A stretch of 64,000 nucleotides of DNA, taken from contig JBBDIG010000024.1 of assembly GCA_040880525.1 (NCBI GenBank), positions 12,522 to 76,521 on the forward strand, written 5' to 3'. This DNA comes from Bacteroidia bacterium. GTDB lineage: Bacteria > Bacteroidota > Bacteroidia > CAILMK01 > JBBDIG01. The notes under the pieces are model-generated. The model had not been told where the DNA came from. It did no database searches and saw only the letters and a program-made list of their open reading frames with translations. Positions within the stretch are counted from its first letter, which is position 1, and every line of letters starts with the position of its first letter. Positions 27,585 through 37,343 of the stretch are shown piece by piece. The translations under genes and the position numbers were made by a program.

Positions 27585-28619
27585 TCATCGCATTATTCTC
27601 CGTCTGTTCAACTCTCGTTGATACTTTCGTGCATTGATCAGATGCTGCGAGTAAGTTTTGGAGAACACGGAATAACCGGAAAAATCATCCCTGGCAACAA
27701 AATACAGGTAGTCATGATCTTCATGGTTCAGCACCGCATCAATGGTTACAGGATTAGCCAGGCAGATAGGCCCCGGTGGGAGGCCCGCGTATTTATAAGT
27801 GTTGTATCGGCTATCCACAAGTTTGTCCTTATTTAAAACCCGTTTTGCGTCAAAATTCTGAAGCGCCCATTTTAGCGTGGGATCCGCCTGCAGGGGCATT
27901 CCTATTCGCAAACGGTTGAGGTACACTCCGGCTATTTTTGGCATATCCTCTTTCCTGTTGGTTTCCTGCTGCACAATGGATGCAAGGATGTAAACCTCGC
28001 TTTGAGACAAGTCTGCTTCTTTTGCTTTCTGCATCCGCTCCGCTGTCCAGAACCTTTTGAACTCCACGGCCATTCGATCCAGAAATTCCTGCGCTGAAGT
28101 GTTCCAGAAAAACTGGTAGGTATTGGGCAGAAACATCACCATGATCTTTTCGGCATCAAATCCGTATTTAGCCTCCAGCAGCGTATCATTCTGCAAGAGC
28201 CGTATAATCTGCAGAGAATCGGTTTCCAAAGCCTGGCCCGCAATTTCAGCCAGATCTTCTTTTGTTCTGACGTTATATATCACCAGATCCACAGGCTCCT
28301 GGTTTCCTGAAAGCCGGAGATGGTTGATGAGTTCATTGTTTCCCATACCTTCCCTGAGCCGGAAACGCCCTGACTTAATGGCTGAGGGATATTTTTTCTG
28401 TTGCGCCACCCGGTCAAAAGTCTTGGCATTGAGGAGAAAATTATTGTGCTGAAGACTATCCAATACTTCCTGATAAGTAGCCCCTGTAGGAACATAAAGA
28501 AAGGGCGAGCCCTCTACCTGAACGTTAGGCTGGAAGGCATAATGATAAATAAACCAGGCACCTGTACCTCCCGCCAATAAGGCGAGCAGGAATATTAAAA
28601 TGAAAATTCTCTTTAACAA
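27585..28619 (-). CDS. mltG: endolytic murein transglycosylase MltG (YceG family)
   Basis: It has an N-terminal transmembrane segment. The YceG-like motifs are 'LASIVQQETNRKEDMPKIAGVYLNRL' and 'LPPGPICLANP'. Confidence 0.8.
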   Translation of the reverse strand: MLKRIFILIFLLALLAGGTGAWFIYHYAFQPNVQVEGSPFLYVPTGATYQEVLDSLQHNNFLLNAKTFDRVAQQKKYPSAIKSGRFRLREGMGNNELINHLRLSGNQEPVDLVIYNVRTKEDLAEIAGQALETDSLQIIRLLQNDTLLEAKYGFDAEKIMVMFLPNTYQFFWNTSAQEFLDRMAVEFKRFWTAERMQKAKEADLSQSEVYILASIVQQETNRKEDMPKIAGVYLNRLRIGMPLQADPTLKWALQNFDAKRVLNKDKLVDSRYNTYKYAGLPPGPICLANPVTIDAVLNHEDHDYLYFVARDDFSGYSVFSKTYSQHLINARKYQRELNRRRIMR

Positions 28620-28904
28620 AAAAACCGTTTTTTTTAGCGTATAACTTTATCTTCCAATATTTTGTAAAACATTCAAGAACACTGGACACATGAATACATT
28701 TACAATGATTTTATACAACAAATTGCCGCAGGATTCTGGTACTGATTTGCCAGGGAAAGAAATGCAAAAATAAAGCGTTTCCGGCCAGCGGGCCTGCGGC
28801 AACTCCGTGATGAATCAAAAAAGTATTTTTGCCAATAAAACTTCTTTTTTCCAAACAACCGTGTGTGGTTAAGGATTTGTAAGTTCAGTACTAAAGAAAT
28901 TTCA

Positions 28905-29435
28905 ATGAAAAATATATTGATGAATACCGTTTTAATATTGGCTGCCCTGCTTTTTTTTACAAGCTGTGGGGAATCCAATAAGCAAAGAGACACAAGCCGA
29001 CCGGAGGTGGATTATCCCGTTAACAAAGTAACCACTGAAACCACTCCTGTACAGGCCAAAGCAGAAAACAAAGACCTTATCGTTTACCTCACCTCGGCTC
29101 AGTTCCGGGAGTTGATCTTCGACTATCGCAACAATACCCAATGGAAATACAACGGAACGGAGCCCGCCATTGTAGATTTTTACGCTGACTGGTGCAGGCC
29201 CTGCAAAATGATGGAACCCACCCTCAGAAAGGTAGCCGCAGAATATGAGGGCCGGGTGAAGGTGTATAAAGTAGATACTGAAGCAGAAAAGGAGGTAGCT
29301 GCCAAGCTTCAGATCATGAGCCTGCCTTCCATTCTTTTTATTCCCGGTAATGGCGATCAGCCTCAAATGGCACAGGGCGCACTTCCCAAGGCATCATTCG
29401 ATCAGATGATCAATGAATTTCTGCTGGCCAAATAG
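28905..29435 (+). CDS. thioredoxin family lipoprotein
   Basis: It has the 'FFTSC' lipobox and the thioredoxin active site 'FYADWCRPCKMMEP'. Confidence 0.75.
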   Translation: MKNILMNTVLILAALLFFTSCGESNKQRDTSRPEVDYPVNKVTTETTPVQAKAENKDLIVYLTSAQFRELIFDYRNNTQWKYNGTEPAIVDFYADWCRPCKMMEPTLRKVAAEYEGRVKVYKVDTEAEKEVAAKLQIMSLPSILFIPGNGDQPQMAQGALPKASFDQMINEFLLAK

Positions 29436-29478
29436 AGCTGGCTTGCTGATTTTATTTTTCCAGGTCTAATCATTTTCC

Positions 29479-30762
29479 ATGAATTTTCAGAAAAGCCAGG
29501 CGCTTTTTTCAAGGGCTGAAAAACATCTTGTAGGTGGCGTCAACAGCCCCGTTCGTGCATTCAGATCGGTAGGTGGAAATCCGCTGATCATCAGGCGCGG
29601 GTCCGGTGCGTGGATTGAAGATGCTGACGGAAATCGCTACATTGATCTTGTAGGCAGCTACGGTCCGCTTATCCTCGGCCATTCCCATCCCACCATTACC
29701 AGTGCGCTCAATGAAGCGCTGAATAACGGGACCAGCTTTGGTGCAACTACTGAAATTGAAATAAAACTCGCTGAACTTGTTAAAGAAGCCTTTCCGGGAA
29801 TGGATAAGGTACGTTTCGTGAATTCGGGAACGGAAGCGGTGATGAGTGCCATTCGCCTGGCCCGCGGGTTTACCGGACGAAACAAGGTCATCAAGTTTGC
29901 CGGTTGCTACCACGGCCATTCTGATTTCCTTCTTGCGCAATCCGGGTCAGGCCTTATGACCTTCGGAATGCCGACCAGTGCAGGCGTGCCGGAAGGAACA
30001 GTGAAGGATACGTTAATAGCAAAATTCAATGATATAGAAAGCGTGGAAGCCATATTCCGGGAGCATGGAAAGGCTGTCGCGGCTGTTGTTACAGAACCCG
30101 TTGCAGGCAATATGGGAGTTGTTGTGCCGGAAAATGATTTTCTTAAAAAAGTACAGGAACTGTCGCACCGCTATGGGGCGCTGCTGGTGGTTGACGAAGT
30201 GATGAGCGGATTTCGTAAAAACTTTGGTGGAGCACAGGCAGAATTTGGTGTGGAGGCTGACATCACCTGTCTTGGGAAGATTATTGGCGGGGGCTTGCCG
30301 GTGGGGGCGTTTGGCGCGCGAGCCGAAATAATGGATAAACTTGCTCCCCTTGGTGGCGTATACCAGGCCGGGACATTGAGTGGTAACCCGCTTGCGATGA
30401 CGGCCGGATACTATACGCTGAAATATCTGCAGGAGCATCCCCAAGGCTATCAACATCTGATGCAGATGACTGAGCGCCTGGAAACGGGCATCAAAAAAGC
30501 CGTGGCCGATGCAGGTGCACCTGTCACGGTAAACCGGTTCGGCTCAATGATAAATCCCTTTTTTACTTCGCATCACGTCAAGGATTTTGATTCGGCATCC
30601 ACATCTGATACCGCAGCATTCGCCCGGTTCTTTTGGGGCCTCATCCAAAACGGGGTGTATATACCGCCCAGCCAGTTTGAAGCCTGGTTTGTACCTATGA
30701 TAATCCAGGAAGATGAGTTGGATAAAATAATTGCCGCAGTCAGGATTGCACTGAACGATTAA
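29479..30762 (+). CDS. hemL: glutamate-1-semialdehyde 2,1-aminomutase
   Basis: The N-terminus 'LFSRAEKHLVGGVNSPVRAF' and the class-III aminotransferase core (PLP lysine region 'LGKIIGGGLPVGAFG') match HemL. Confidence 0.85.
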   Translation: MNFQKSQALFSRAEKHLVGGVNSPVRAFRSVGGNPLIIRRGSGAWIEDADGNRYIDLVGSYGPLILGHSHPTITSALNEALNNGTSFGATTEIEIKLAELVKEAFPGMDKVRFVNSGTEAVMSAIRLARGFTGRNKVIKFAGCYHGHSDFLLAQSGSGLMTFGMPTSAGVPEGTVKDTLIAKFNDIESVEAIFREHGKAVAAVVTEPVAGNMGVVVPENDFLKKVQELSHRYGALLVVDEVMSGFRKNFGGAQAEFGVEADITCLGKIIGGGLPVGAFGARAEIMDKLAPLGGVYQAGTLSGNPLAMTAGYYTLKYLQEHPQGYQHLMQMTERLETGIKKAVADAGAPVTVNRFGSMINPFFTSHHVKDFDSASTSDTAAFARFFWGLIQNGVYIPPSQFEAWFVPMIIQEDELDKIIAAVRIALND

Positions 30763-31215
30763 ATCGGGAAGGTTCCCGGAGATTCTCCTTCTGCAGAAGG
30801 TCATTGTCGCGAGATACCCAAATGTAAGTCTGGCTTTCAGCCGGACAATTCGCGTCAGCGGATAATGTAAATGGGTCAATTTTCCGGGCGGAAGCCCAGC
30901 GTTATAAAATCACCGTCAATTTCGATTAGAAAATAAATATGGCGCACCTGTGCGGCTCATATTGAGGATTTCCTGTAGGCGCGGAAATATATTTTATTAT
31001 TTATGGGTTAAATTATAATTTAGGATGGAATGTAATGGATATTAATTATTTAAATTTATAAAATAAAATTCAAAAGCAATATTTAAAAAAATACTCAGAA
31101 TAAAAATAGCACTAAATTTAAAGGGTTATTTAATAAAAGACAATTGAATAAGTGCTGTTTCAAAATATGAAGAAAGCAATTTCCCTAAATTTTAAGCATT
31201 CGCTGAAAGGAAAAA

Positions 31216-31923
31216 TTATTGGACAAGTGTCCCTACCTGTTCGCCTTTCACCACGCGCAGGAGATTGCCCCGCTCATTCATGTCAAAAACAATAATGGGA
31301 ATGTTGTTTTGCTTGCATAGCGTAAAAGCCGTCATATCCATCACGTTGAGGTTTTTCTCGTAAGCTTCGTCAAATGTGAGGTTCGTATACTTCTCTGCCG
31401 TTAAATCTTTGAGCGGATCAGCAGTGTATATGCCATCCACACGGGTTCCTTTGAGGATGACATCGGCTTCAATCTCCACAGCCCTGAGTGCGGCTGCCGT
31501 ATCCGTGGTGAAATAAGGGTTACCGGTGCCCGCTGCAAAAATTACGATCCGGCCCTTTTCGAGGTGGCGAATGGCCCTGCGCCTGATGAAGGGCTCGCAG
31601 ATCTGCTCCATCTTAATGGCTGATTGCAGGCGCGTTTTCATGCCATGCGATTCTAAGGCAGTTTGAAGCGCCATGCCATTGATGACGGTGGCCAGCATTC
31701 CCATATAATCTGCCTGTGCCCGGTCTTCCATCCCACCCTTTACGGCCTCCAGCCCACGGAAAATATTGCCACCGCCTATCACGATACCTACCTCGTATTT
31801 TTCGGCTACCAGCGTCCGCATCTCATCAGCATATTGCTCAAGAACTTCAGAATTTATTCCGAAATTATTTTTCCCCATCAGGGCTTCTCCGCTCAGTTTA
31901 AGCAGAACTCGTTTATAGGCCAT
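31216..31923 (-). CDS. pyrH: UMP kinase
   Basis: '[13 protein letters not shown]...[12 protein letters not shown]' is the PyrH signature. Confidence 0.9.
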   Translation of the reverse strand: MAYKRVLLKLSGEALMGKNNFGINSEVLEQYADEMRTLVAEKYEVGIVIGGGNIFRGLEAVKGGMEDRAQADYMGMLATVINGMALQTALESHGMKTRLQSAIKMEQICEPFIRRRAIRHLEKGRIVIFAAGTGNPYFTTDTAAALRAVEIEADVILKGTRVDGIYTADPLKDLTAEKYTNLTFDEAYEKNLNVMDMTAFTLCKQNNIPIIVFDMNERGNLLRVVKGEQVGTLVQ

Positions 31924-31964
31924 TATTCTTTATTTTTTTACTGAAACAGAAGGAAAAGCCACGG

Positions 31965-32004
31965 CAAAAAAAAGAGTTGCCGGAATCACCCGGCAACTCT
32001 TTTA
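31965..32004. terminator. bidirectional hairpin terminator (A-run/hairpin/T-run)
   Basis: 'aaaaaaaagagttgccggaatcacccggcaactctttt' lies just 3' of the minus-strand tRNA. Confidence 0.5.
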
Positions 32005-32024
32005 GCTTGCTTTATAGCAATGAG

Positions 32025-32097
32025 TCGGAGTGGCGAGACTCGAACTCGCGACCCCCAGCACCCCATGCTGGTACGCTACCAACTGCGCCACACCCCG
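32025..32097 (-). tRNA. tRNA-Pro (anticodon GGG)
   Basis: The reverse complement folds as a cloverleaf. The acceptor stem is CGGGGTG/CACTCCG. The anticodon stem CCAGC/GCTGG closes the loop ATGGGGT. The T-arm is GCGAG-TTCGAGT-CTCGC and the discriminator is A. Confidence 0.85.
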
Positions 32098-32226
32098 ATG
32101 AAAATTCAATAACGTAATATTTAAAAAGTGATGGTACAAAATTAACTGACCTGCCCCGGATTTGCCAATTTAAATCCAATGACACCTGAAAATGCCATCC
32201 TATGCATCGTTAGTAATTCACAGAAC

Positions 32227-33117
32227 TTATTTGTTACTCATTAATATTCTGAGTGCTTCATCTTCCTTGCCTTCAGCAATTAAATTTTTTGCCAGGTTGT
32301 GAAGTTTTGATTCCAGCATTACCCCATCATGTCCGTATTTCTCATAGATCTCCTTCATACCTGTGGAGTGGCGAACCATCTCCACCTCTGCTTCGGAAGG
32401 CAAGTGGGTGGCTTTTGCCAGGCGCGCCAGTTCATTTGCTGTGAAATGGCGGCTTTCGCGTATCCAAGCAGGCAGGCCGTCCATTCCAAGATTGTTGGTT
32501 CCACGTGGTGGGGCTACTTCAAATATGCCTTCCGAAACGCGACAATAGTAGCCTTCGGCAAGACGGGCAACCTGATCCATTTTTACGGGATCAATGCGGC
32601 CATTTTCTTTTAGCACGCTTTCGTCAATATGCACGTATACCACTTCGCAGATCACGAGGTTGCCGGCTCCACCTTCCTTTCCAAGATGAATAATATCTTT
32701 TACCACGCACTCTAGTTGCGCTTTGGCTTCCTTCACCCGGAAAGGTTTCACTTTGATGCTGTCAATAGGTGTGAGGGCGCTGCGCTCAAATTCATTTACA
32801 TCACGGTCATATTCAGTACTGGTGAGCACCATCTGGTTCAGAATGCTGTAGCTCACAATATTCACCACCACTTCGGGCACCTCCATTACATTCTCCAGGG
32901 TATGCTTCACGGTATTGTCCCGGCCCCTCCGTGCAGGTGAGAAAATGAGCGTTGGCGGATTGCTGCTGAAAATGTTGAAAAAACTAAACGGGGAAAGATT
33001 TGGATTTCCTGCCTTATCAATAGTGCTGGCGAATGCAATAGGCCGTGGCGCTACAGCTCCGAGCAACAACTGGTGGCGCTCTTTCAAATCCAAATCTTGC
33101 GGTTCAAATGACTTCAT
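32227..33117 (-). CDS. flavin reductase family protein (FMN-binding split-barrel) with C-terminal extension
   Basis: The N-terminal 'LLGAVAPRPIAFASTIDKAGNPNLSPFSFFN' matches the flavin reductase-like domain. Confidence 0.6.
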   Translation of the reverse strand: MKSFEPQDLDLKERHQLLLGAVAPRPIAFASTIDKAGNPNLSPFSFFNIFSSNPPTLIFSPARRGRDNTVKHTLENVMEVPEVVVNIVSYSILNQMVLTSTEYDRDVNEFERSALTPIDSIKVKPFRVKEAKAQLECVVKDIIHLGKEGGAGNLVICEVVYVHIDESVLKENGRIDPVKMDQVARLAEGYYCRVSEGIFEVAPPRGTNNLGMDGLPAWIRESRHFTANELARLAKATHLPSEAEVEMVRHSTGMKEIYEKYGHDGVMLESKLHNLAKNLIAEGKEDEALRILMSNK

Positions 33118-33180
33118 AAGGATTTCATATTTGCCTTCGCTTTAGGGACAGACGGACAGGCATTTGGCGGTGTCTGCGAG

Positions 33181-34185
33181 TTAAGTGTTCTTTTTCTGTT
33201 GAAATATAGAATAGGAAGTGTCTTCCATTTCCATGGTATTGCGCAGGAGTCCAAGTCCTTCCACTTCCAGTTCTACCTGGTCGCCATCGTTTAGCCACTG
33301 ATCTTCATGTTCAGGATTTTTGAGGCGGGCGGTGCCGTTCAATTCCAGGAAGCAGCCTGTGCCCACCGTACCTGAACCGATGATGTCCCCAGGCATCAGG
33401 TCTACTCCGTAAGAAACACGCTCAATGATCTCGGCAAAAGTCCAGTCCATATCTTTCAGGTTGCCACGGCTCACTTCTTTACCGTTTACCCGCGCGACCA
33501 TTTTCAGATCATAAGCATTTCCGGTGTGGCCGTTTTTAGCCGGGGTTTTATACTGTTCCAGTTCATCAGGGGTTACCAGCCAGGGCCCTATTATAGTAGA
33601 GAAATCTTTTCCTTTTGCAGGACCGAGGTTCAGCTTCATCTCCTCCATTTGCAGCCTGCGGGCACTTAGGTCGTTCATTATCATGTATCCAGCAATGTAA
33701 TCGTCTGCTTCTTCTGCGCGGATGTTCCGGCCATCTTTTCCAATCACTATCGCCACCTCCAGTTCAAAATCCAGCTTCTCGAAGTGGTCCGGCATCAGTT
33801 CAATTTCGCCTGGTCCCATTACCGCATTGTGGTTGGTAAAGTAAAATACCGGGAATTGATCAAATTCGGGGATCATCTCTACTCCACGGTTTCTGCGGGC
33901 GGTAGCTACATGCTGCCGAAAGGCATAAGCATCGCGGCAACTGGTGGGATAAGGCACCGGTGCCATCACGTCAAGCGTATTAAAATCCAGTGCCTTTTCA
34001 CTGTATTTTCCCTCCAGCAGCTTTTTGTTCAGCTTCCTGGCCCTCGGTATGGCATCTTCTTCCATGAGGAAATCCAGCATATTGTCCGGCATTCCCGGTT
34101 CTATTTCGTCCAACGGATATACGTTGCCATCGTGGTAAAATCCCAGCCGGTCGCAATCTCCGTCAAGGTAGGATACTAACTTCAT
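33181..34185 (-). CDS. fumarylacetoacetate hydrolase (FAH) family protein
   Basis: The FAH fold motifs are 'VFYFTNHNAVMGPGE...ELEVAIVIGKDGRNI' and 'IGSGTVGTGCFLE'. The start was chosen at MKLVSYLDG. Confidence 0.75.
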   Translation of the reverse strand: MKLVSYLDGDCDRLGFYHDGNVYPLDEIEPGMPDNMLDFLMEEDAIPRARKLNKKLLEGKYSEKALDFNTLDVMAPVPYPTSCRDAYAFRQHVATARRNRGVEMIPEFDQFPVFYFTNHNAVMGPGEIELMPDHFEKLDFELEVAIVIGKDGRNIRAEEADDYIAGYMIMNDLSARRLQMEEMKLNLGPAKGKDFSTIIGPWLVTPDELEQYKTPAKNGHTGNAYDLKMVARVNGKEVSRGNLKDMDWTFAEIIERVSYGVDLMPGDIIGSGTVGTGCFLELNGTARLKNPEHEDQWLNDGDQVELEVEGLGLLRNTMEMEDTSYSIFQQKKNT

Positions 34186-34335
34186 TTTTTCGTCTTTAGG
34201 TGTGGGTGATCTTTTTGATAATTTGCCTCGGGGATATTTCCCGAAGCTATTTAAACATTGCCCCCTGGAAATGTTTAAATCTCGTGGCAAAGGTAGAAAG
34301 GCAGAAGGAACCTTTTATAGCCGTAAACACCAGGT

Positions 34336-34500
34336 AATAGATGCTTCTAGGTTCAATGTTCAATGTTCCGAGTTCAACGTTCGATGTTCCGAGTTCAACG
34401 TTCAATGTTCGATGTTCACTGGTCAGTGGTCGATGCTTCGTAGAACACAGAACCCGGAACCCGGAACGCAGAACCCGGAACGCAGAACTCGTTTCAGTAT
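34336..34500. repeat. heptanucleotide-phased GTTC/GAAC repeat tract (imperfect long palindrome)
   Basis: The sequence (gttcNNN)x~10 runs into (NNNgaac)x~7, for example 'gttcaatgttcaatgttccgagttcaacgttcgat...agaacccggaacccggaacgcagaacccggaacgcagaac'. It sits in a divergent intergenic region. Confidence 0.85.
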
Positions 34501-34540
34501 AATTTGGTAATTCTGCGGAATCATTTCATAAAAAATTGTA

Positions 34541-34918
34541 TTGATGGAAGATTACAAAAAGGGAAGTTCGAACATGTTATTCGTGGTGCTTGGGGTGTTT
34601 ATCCTGCTTCTGGGAATCGTGTTCGCGTTACAGAATTCTCAGGTTACGCCCATTAAATTCCTGTTGTGGGAATTTCAGGGTTCACTCGCCCTTGTACTGG
34701 CCATAGTGTTTGTGGGTGGAGTATTGTTAGGGTTGTTCAGCATTATCAATAATGTATGGCGCAGAGACCGGATGATTTCCCGTCAGAAGAAGGAGATGAA
34801 AAATCTGAATGTGCAGATACAAACACTAAAAGAAGAAAAGGCTGCACTTCAAAACCAGGAGATTGATGGAGGCGGTAAACGCGGCTCTTCTGGTGGGATC
34901 AAGGATTTTACTGAATAG
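34541..34918 (+). CDS. LapA-family (DUF1049) inner-membrane protein
   Basis: Two transmembrane helices ('LFVVLGVFILLLGIVFALQN...', 'LALVLAIVFVGGVLLG') are followed by a coiled-coil tail. Confidence 0.6.
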   Translation: MMEDYKKGSSNMLFVVLGVFILLLGIVFALQNSQVTPIKFLLWEFQGSLALVLAIVFVGGVLLGLFSIINNVWRRDRMISRQKKEMKNLNVQIQTLKEEKAALQNQEIDGGGKRGSSGGIKDFTE

Positions 34919-35060
34919 AAAATGGGTGTCAGTTCTTAGAATTAAAACTATTATTTATGAATTGAAATGCAAGCCGAAAATGGAAAATTCAGCTCCAAAA
35001 TTTTGAACATCTTAATGAATTCCCGGTTTACTCTATAACAAACTCATAAAAAATAATCTC

Positions 35061-35267
35061 ATGGACGATCTAAGAATTAAAGGGAACTGGAACCAGACTA
35101 AAGGCAAACTCAAAGAAAAATGGGGCCAGCTAACGGATGACGATCTTACCTATTCCGAAGGACAAGAAGAACAACTTATTGGCAACATCCAGAAAAAGAC
35201 TGGAAAAGCAAGAGATGAAATCAGAGCTGAAATTCAGCGGCTGGACAGAGAAGCCAGCAAGGCTTGA
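35061..35267 (+). CDS. CsbD family stress-response protein
   Basis: 'IKGNWNQTKGKLKEKWGQLTDDDL...GKARDEI' is the CsbD-like motif. Confidence 0.75.
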   Translation: MDDLRIKGNWNQTKGKLKEKWGQLTDDDLTYSEGQEEQLIGNIQKKTGKARDEIRAEIQRLDREASKA

Positions 35268-35298
35268 TTGAGAGTCTAAGTTTATCTTGTTTGTAAGT

Positions 35299-35334
35299 AA
35301 AAACCGCTTTGGCAAATTGCCGGGCGGTTTTTTA
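35299..35334 (+). terminator. rho-independent terminator
   Basis: 'aaaaccgctttggcaaattgccgggcggtttttt' lies directly after csbD. Confidence 0.65.
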
Positions 35335-35520
35335 CATTTAGGCCTTGTTTACCCCCGGTCCAGGTGCCGGGTTCGAGGTTTGTATTGTATCTATTTTAGA
35401 AAAAACTATTTTTTAGGTAAGCCATTTTCGGGTGTTTATATGTGGCGGTTAAATTTTATCTGAGAATAAACTATTTTTTTAATAGTTATCAATATCTTTG
35501 GACGATAATTGAGCATTTAA

Positions 35521-36612
35521 ATGATAGCCTTACAAAATATAGCCGTTTGCCAACCCTTCATGCCTCCGATGGAAAGTTATACGGAGAAGCTACACGGCAT
35601 TTGGCAGCGAAACCGCATTACCAATAATGGCCCGCTGGTGAAGGAACTGGAGGAGGAACTACGTCAATATCTGAACGTGCCGTACCTGCACTTTGTGGCA
35701 AATGGTACGATAGCTTTACAAATAGCTATAAGGAGTCTGGAACTGAAAGGAGATGTTATTACTACACCATTTTCTTACGTAGCCTCTACTACTTCTATTA
35801 TCTGGGAGAATTGCCAGCCTCTTTTCGTGGATATAGATCCTTTGACGATGTGCATTGACCCGAAGAAAATTGAGGATGCCATCACGCCCGAAACTACGGC
35901 TATTGTTGCCACCCACGTATATGGCTATAGTTGCGATGTAGAGGCAATCAGAAGCATAGCGGATCGCCACGGCCTGAAGGTGATTTATGATGCGGCCCAT
36001 GCTTTTGGCTCCTCGTTCCAGGGGAGCTCACTGCTTAGCCATGGCGATGTAACTGCTGTAAGCTTTCATGCCACCAAGATTTTTCATACGGTGGAGGGCG
36101 GAGCGGTAATTACCCATAATGAGAAGCTGGCGGAGAAAATGTTCCTGATGAAAACGTTTGGTCACCGGGAGGAAGAATTCATTTGCGCAGGCATTAACGG
36201 AAAAAATTCGGAATTCCATGCGGCAATGGGCCTGTGTGTGCTCCCCTATGTAGAATCGTTGATTAAAGCGCGCAAGGAATTATGGGAGAGCTATTGCATC
36301 AACCTGGCGAATGCTGGCCTGGTGCTGCCCTATTTGCAATCCGGCCTGGATTACAACTATGCTTACTTTCCCGTCATTTTTCAATCGGATAAAGAGCTGC
36401 TTTACGTAAAAGAGCGGCTCCAGTCTGAAAACATTATTACCAGGAGATACTTCTACCCATCGCTGAACAAATTGCCATATTTAAAAGGAGCCGATTGTCC
36501 GGTGGCAGAAACGGTAGCCGAGCGGGTACTATGCCTGCCGCTTTATTCCGATCTGCAGATGGAGCAGGTAGCGTATATTTCATCTATTATTACTGAAGCT
36601 CTTAATCCATGA
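35521..36612 (+). CDS. DegT/DnrJ/EryC1/StrS family sugar aminotransferase (WecE/ArnB-like)
   Basis: The PLP-dependent layout includes '...LHFVANGTIALQIAI...GDVITTPFSYVASTTSI...PLFVDID...' and a Lys region 'SFHATKIFHTVEGG'. Confidence 0.8.
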   Translation: MIALQNIAVCQPFMPPMESYTEKLHGIWQRNRITNNGPLVKELEEELRQYLNVPYLHFVANGTIALQIAIRSLELKGDVITTPFSYVASTTSIIWENCQPLFVDIDPLTMCIDPKKIEDAITPETTAIVATHVYGYSCDVEAIRSIADRHGLKVIYDAAHAFGSSFQGSSLLSHGDVTAVSFHATKIFHTVEGGAVITHNEKLAEKMFLMKTFGHREEEFICAGINGKNSEFHAAMGLCVLPYVESLIKARKELWESYCINLANAGLVLPYLQSGLDYNYAYFPVIFQSDKELLYVKERLQSENIITRRYFYPSLNKLPYLKGADCPVAETVAERVLCLPLYSDLQMEQVAYISSIITEALNP

Positions 36613-37343
36613 GGATTGCCATCATGCAACCTTACCTCTTTGCGTATCCAGGCTATTTTGAGCTGCTGGCTTCTGTGGATAAATTTATCCTTTATGATGA
36701 TGTTAACTATATAAAAAATGGCTGGATAAACAGGAACCGGATCGCCATTAATGATCAACCCGTATATTTTACGGTGCCTCTTCAAAAACAAAGTTCATTC
36801 AGAACCATTGCTGAAACTTCTATTCATAAAAAGTTATACAGCCATTGGAAGCTTAAATTTCTGCTCACACTAAAGATGCAATATAGCCAGGCGCCTTATT
36901 ATTCGGAAGTATATGATTTAGTACAGAAAGTTATTGATCCGCCACCGGTCTCTATAGCTGCCCTGGCTGGGAAAAGTGTGGTGGCGGTGGCAGATTACCT
37001 GGGACTGGAAATTCCGGTTTCCCATAGCAGCGACAACCGGTACGGAAACCATGATTTAAAAGCAGAGAAGCGCGTACTGGATATTTGCAGGCAAGAAGGT
37101 GCAGATGAATATGTGAACAATGCTGGCGGCATCAAATTATATTCTCCCGCTATTTTTCAGGAGGCCGGAATTACGTTGCATTTTCTTCATCCCCGGTTGC
37201 TGACCTACGCGCAGCAGAAGGAACCATTTATTCCAAACCTCTCCATCCTGGATGCAATGATGCACCTTTCTCCTGAGCAGATCCAGGATTGGCTGCGGAA
37301 ATACCGGCTGCAAACACCCATCGAAAAACCAGTATTAAGATGA
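36609..37343 (+). CDS. WbqC-like family protein
   Basis: 'MRIAIMQPYLFAYPGYFELL...FILYDDVNYIKNGWINRNRI' is the WbqC signature. The start overlaps the DegT stop. Confidence 0.7.
   Translation: MRIAIMQPYLFAYPGYFELLASVDKFILYDDVNYIKNGWINRNRIAINDQPVYFTVPLQKQSSFRTIAETSIHKKLYSHWKLKFLLTLKMQYSQAPYYSEVYDLVQKVIDPPPVSIAALAGKSVVAVADYLGLEIPVSHSSDNRYGNHDLKAEKRVLDICRQEGADEYVNNAGGIKLYSPAIFQEAGITLHFLHPRLLTYAQQKEPFIPNLSILDAMMHLSPEQIQDWLRKYRLQTPIEKPVLR

Noticed and set aside
32025-32097. tRNA gene as an integration hotspot for a genomic island
   Set aside because: There is no integrase, direct repeat of the tRNA 3' end, or atypical gene content on either side. The neighbours are pyrH and a flavin reductase.
34202-34510. 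102-aa ORF as a protein-coding gene
   Set aside because: Its translation is periodic ('FNVQCSEFNVRCSEFNVQCS', 'NPEPGTQNPERRT') because it reads through the heptanucleotide repeat. It has no start context and lies in a divergent promoter.
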